Made by a program: the position numbers and the translations under genes. DNA of 64,000 nt, taken from positions 17,796,001 through 17,860,000 of the forward strand of contig NC_087250.1 in the NCBI RefSeq assembly GCF_037042905.1, read 5' to 3'. Under the pieces are notes generated by a model that searched no databases, was not told the DNA's origin, and saw only the letters and a program-made list of their open reading frames with translations. This document shows, piece by piece, positions 61,766 through 64,000 of this stretch; within the stretch, counting starts at the first letter, position 1; each line of letters opens with the position of its first letter. The stretch is from Lytechinus pictus (taxonomy: Eukaryota).

Positions 61766-63000
61766 ACACAGTAAGGTATAGTGATGTAAAGAAGTGCATA
61801 ACACATTATGGATGTTTACATTTAGTCCAGGATAGAAGGGGTCGAGCTTTTTTTTTGACATACAATGTTTTTTGATGGTTTCTTGTCAATTCGAGGGTGC
61901 TGATTCCGAATCTGAATGATGCCACTCGTGTAACCTTGAGCATTTTCTGCAAATTGGCAAAATCTAATATGGCCGACAAAATTTTGCAAATTACCCATGA
62001 AAATCATAAAATTGCCCACACATTGGCTATAAAGTATATGCATTTGTGCTGCCGGAGTGAAATACTCTCTGAATAAATAATTTTTGACAAAATATTTATT
62101 TGGCTTGATATTCAAAATGGCCGCCATAGACCCCCGTACAATACGAAAGGGGAAAATTAATTTAAAAAAAGTGAGCACTAAAATACAAGTAATTATGATC
62201 TACGAGTGAAGTAGTGTCTGAAAACATGATCGCTAATGATATATTTCATTTGTTTAATAATTTCAACAGAATTTGACTTTGCTTGACTAATTGGTGTTGC
62301 ATGTATGAGTGAAACATTGTCTGAAAATGTGATTTCTGACGAAATGATAATTTCTTATGTTATTTTGGTAGTAAATGCTATATTTTAACATTAAAAATGG
62401 CTGCAATATGCCCTTATGTGGAAATTGTCTTTCCCCATTCATTTACATATTATGATAAGGGCCTATGGCGGCCATTTTCAAAATGCAGCATTCATTACCT
62501 TTATGGCACAATATATATTTCATTAGAAATCATGGGTTTAGATAATACTTTTCACCTACATCAAAATTAAGCAATATTCAAAGTCAAACAAAGCATAATT
62601 CTTTCAAAATTATCTGTCCCCAGTTACAATGTACTTCATATTTTCAGGGCCAATGGCACCCATTTTGAATTTCAAACTAAGGTATTTATCACCTTCAAGA
62701 ACATTGAATATGTGATATATTTAGTTAGAAAACATGTTCAAGACAATATTTTATGGGTAAGGGCCCATAGGCGCCATTTTGAATTTAACAATACAGCAAT
62801 TGTCTCATGCAAGACAAAAAAAAATGATATGTTTTGCTAGAAAACATGTTTTCAGACAATACAGTAACTGTATCATGGCGTTAATCCGTGTTGATGGGTG
62901 GGGGGGGGGGATGATTGAAATATTTTGGCATTTTTTTGCAATCATGTTTTTAGATATGCAAGGAAGTGTCATTGATATGTCCATGTGGCAAATACCCCTC
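61766..63000. mobile_element. Degenerate DNA-transposon end with aaaatggccgcc motifs (possibly Academ-like); partial copy at 50723-51048
   Basis: tagtccaggatagaaggggtcg...gattccgaatct...ggagtgaaatact is shared between the two loci. The superfamily assignment is tentative. Confidence 0.45.
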
Positions 63001-63134
63001 CAATACTATTATCCTTTTTTACCCCATGATGATTTAATGGTTTTATTAGAGATTACATTCAAAATGAATTCATGAATAAATAATCCACTTCAATGTTCAA
63101 GCTTAAGGATATCCACACACCCACCACGCATATT

Positions 63135-63166
<32 letters not shown>

Positions 63167-63499
63167 TCTCTCTCTCTCACGCACATATAAACATGTTGTC
63201 AACATTTGCAAATCACTAAGTTTATTCAAATGATGCATCATTCTACACTATTAATCAAAGGAGAGTCATGAACACAATATATAAAACAAGATATAACTTC
63301 CTACTTTCAGACAGCGGTGTTTTAATAATAGGTCAATCTGTACATTCGGTGGCAAAAAACAAAACACGTCATGATAATCACCATGATAATAATGCTGGAT
63401 AATCTCATCGATAAAGTGTAATAATAGTAAAATAACAACAGTGAAAGAACAGAAAGACAATAAACAAAACAAGGGGATAATACTATTCCCTATTCATAA

Positions 63500-63800
63500 C
63501 AATGATGATGATAATAATAATAATAATAACAATAATAATTATATAATGATAATAACATTAATAATAATAATGATAATAATGATAATAATAATAATAATAA
63601 TAATAATATAATAACAATAATAATAATAATAATTAGGGCCTATGATAATATTAACAAAATAATAATTATGATAGTTAAAAGAATAATAGTGATAGAGAGT
63701 AATAATAATGCTATAAATAATAACAGTTATAAAAATGATTCTTATAATGATAATAACAGTATTAATAAAACTAATAATGATAACATTAATAGTTACAAGA
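63500..63800. repeat. (AAT)n-rich low-complexity tract
   Basis: Direct observation; it explains the Ile/Tyr-rich ORF 63539-63874. Confidence 0.9.
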
Positions 63801-64000
63801 ACAATATGATACGATGTAAATCCACTTGGTAGATGCTGGATGATTTGGCTTGTCATTATGAAGATGCAAGACATTCACAATCACAGGTTTGTTGACACTT
63901 TGTTGGTCTTGCTTGTCATGTTGGTCCCTGCTAGGTTCGGAGGTTGAGGCTTCTTCTTTACTGGCAGTTGAAGACTAATTTGAGACATTTTCTGCCACAT

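Noticed and set aside
63780..64000. Possible upstream exon of the ankyrin gene at the window edge
   Set aside because: No ankyrin similarity and no convincing splice pair.

Overview
AT-rich, repeat-dense animal genomic DNA. The protein families and repeat types look like an echinoderm/sea urchin (inference). (1) 1-9080 is a rearranged tandem array of dead THAP9/P-element-type transposase fragments, including a ~247-bp satellite made from the THAP first exon. (2) 15660-16735 is a decayed SRCR + F5/8C (discoidin) gene fragment. (3) 22130-48603 (- strand) is a gene of at least 21 exons that I could splice by hand with GT-AG sites and consistent phases into ~2229 aa: ~30 ankyrin repeats - ZU5 - UPA-like - 4 death domains - ZU5 - UPA-like - death domain. 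Its 5' exon(s) were not found. (4) An apparently intact, young PAT-type DIRS-order retrotransposon (38249-43417; gag, RT/RNaseH/MT, tyrosine recombinase, split direct repeats A1..B1A2..B2) sits inside a 35-nt coding micro-exon of that gene and should truncate it. (5) 48750-61750 is a stack of nested, degenerate LINEs (L2-like, CR1-like with 2A-like peptide and PHD, RTEX-like), MITEs, a Helentron-like element and a RecQ-like helicase fragment. Many non-autonomous DNA transposons with TIRs/TSDs lie in the introns. No rRNA, tRNA or CRISPR array was seen. All calls come from reading the sequence by eye; no database searches were run.
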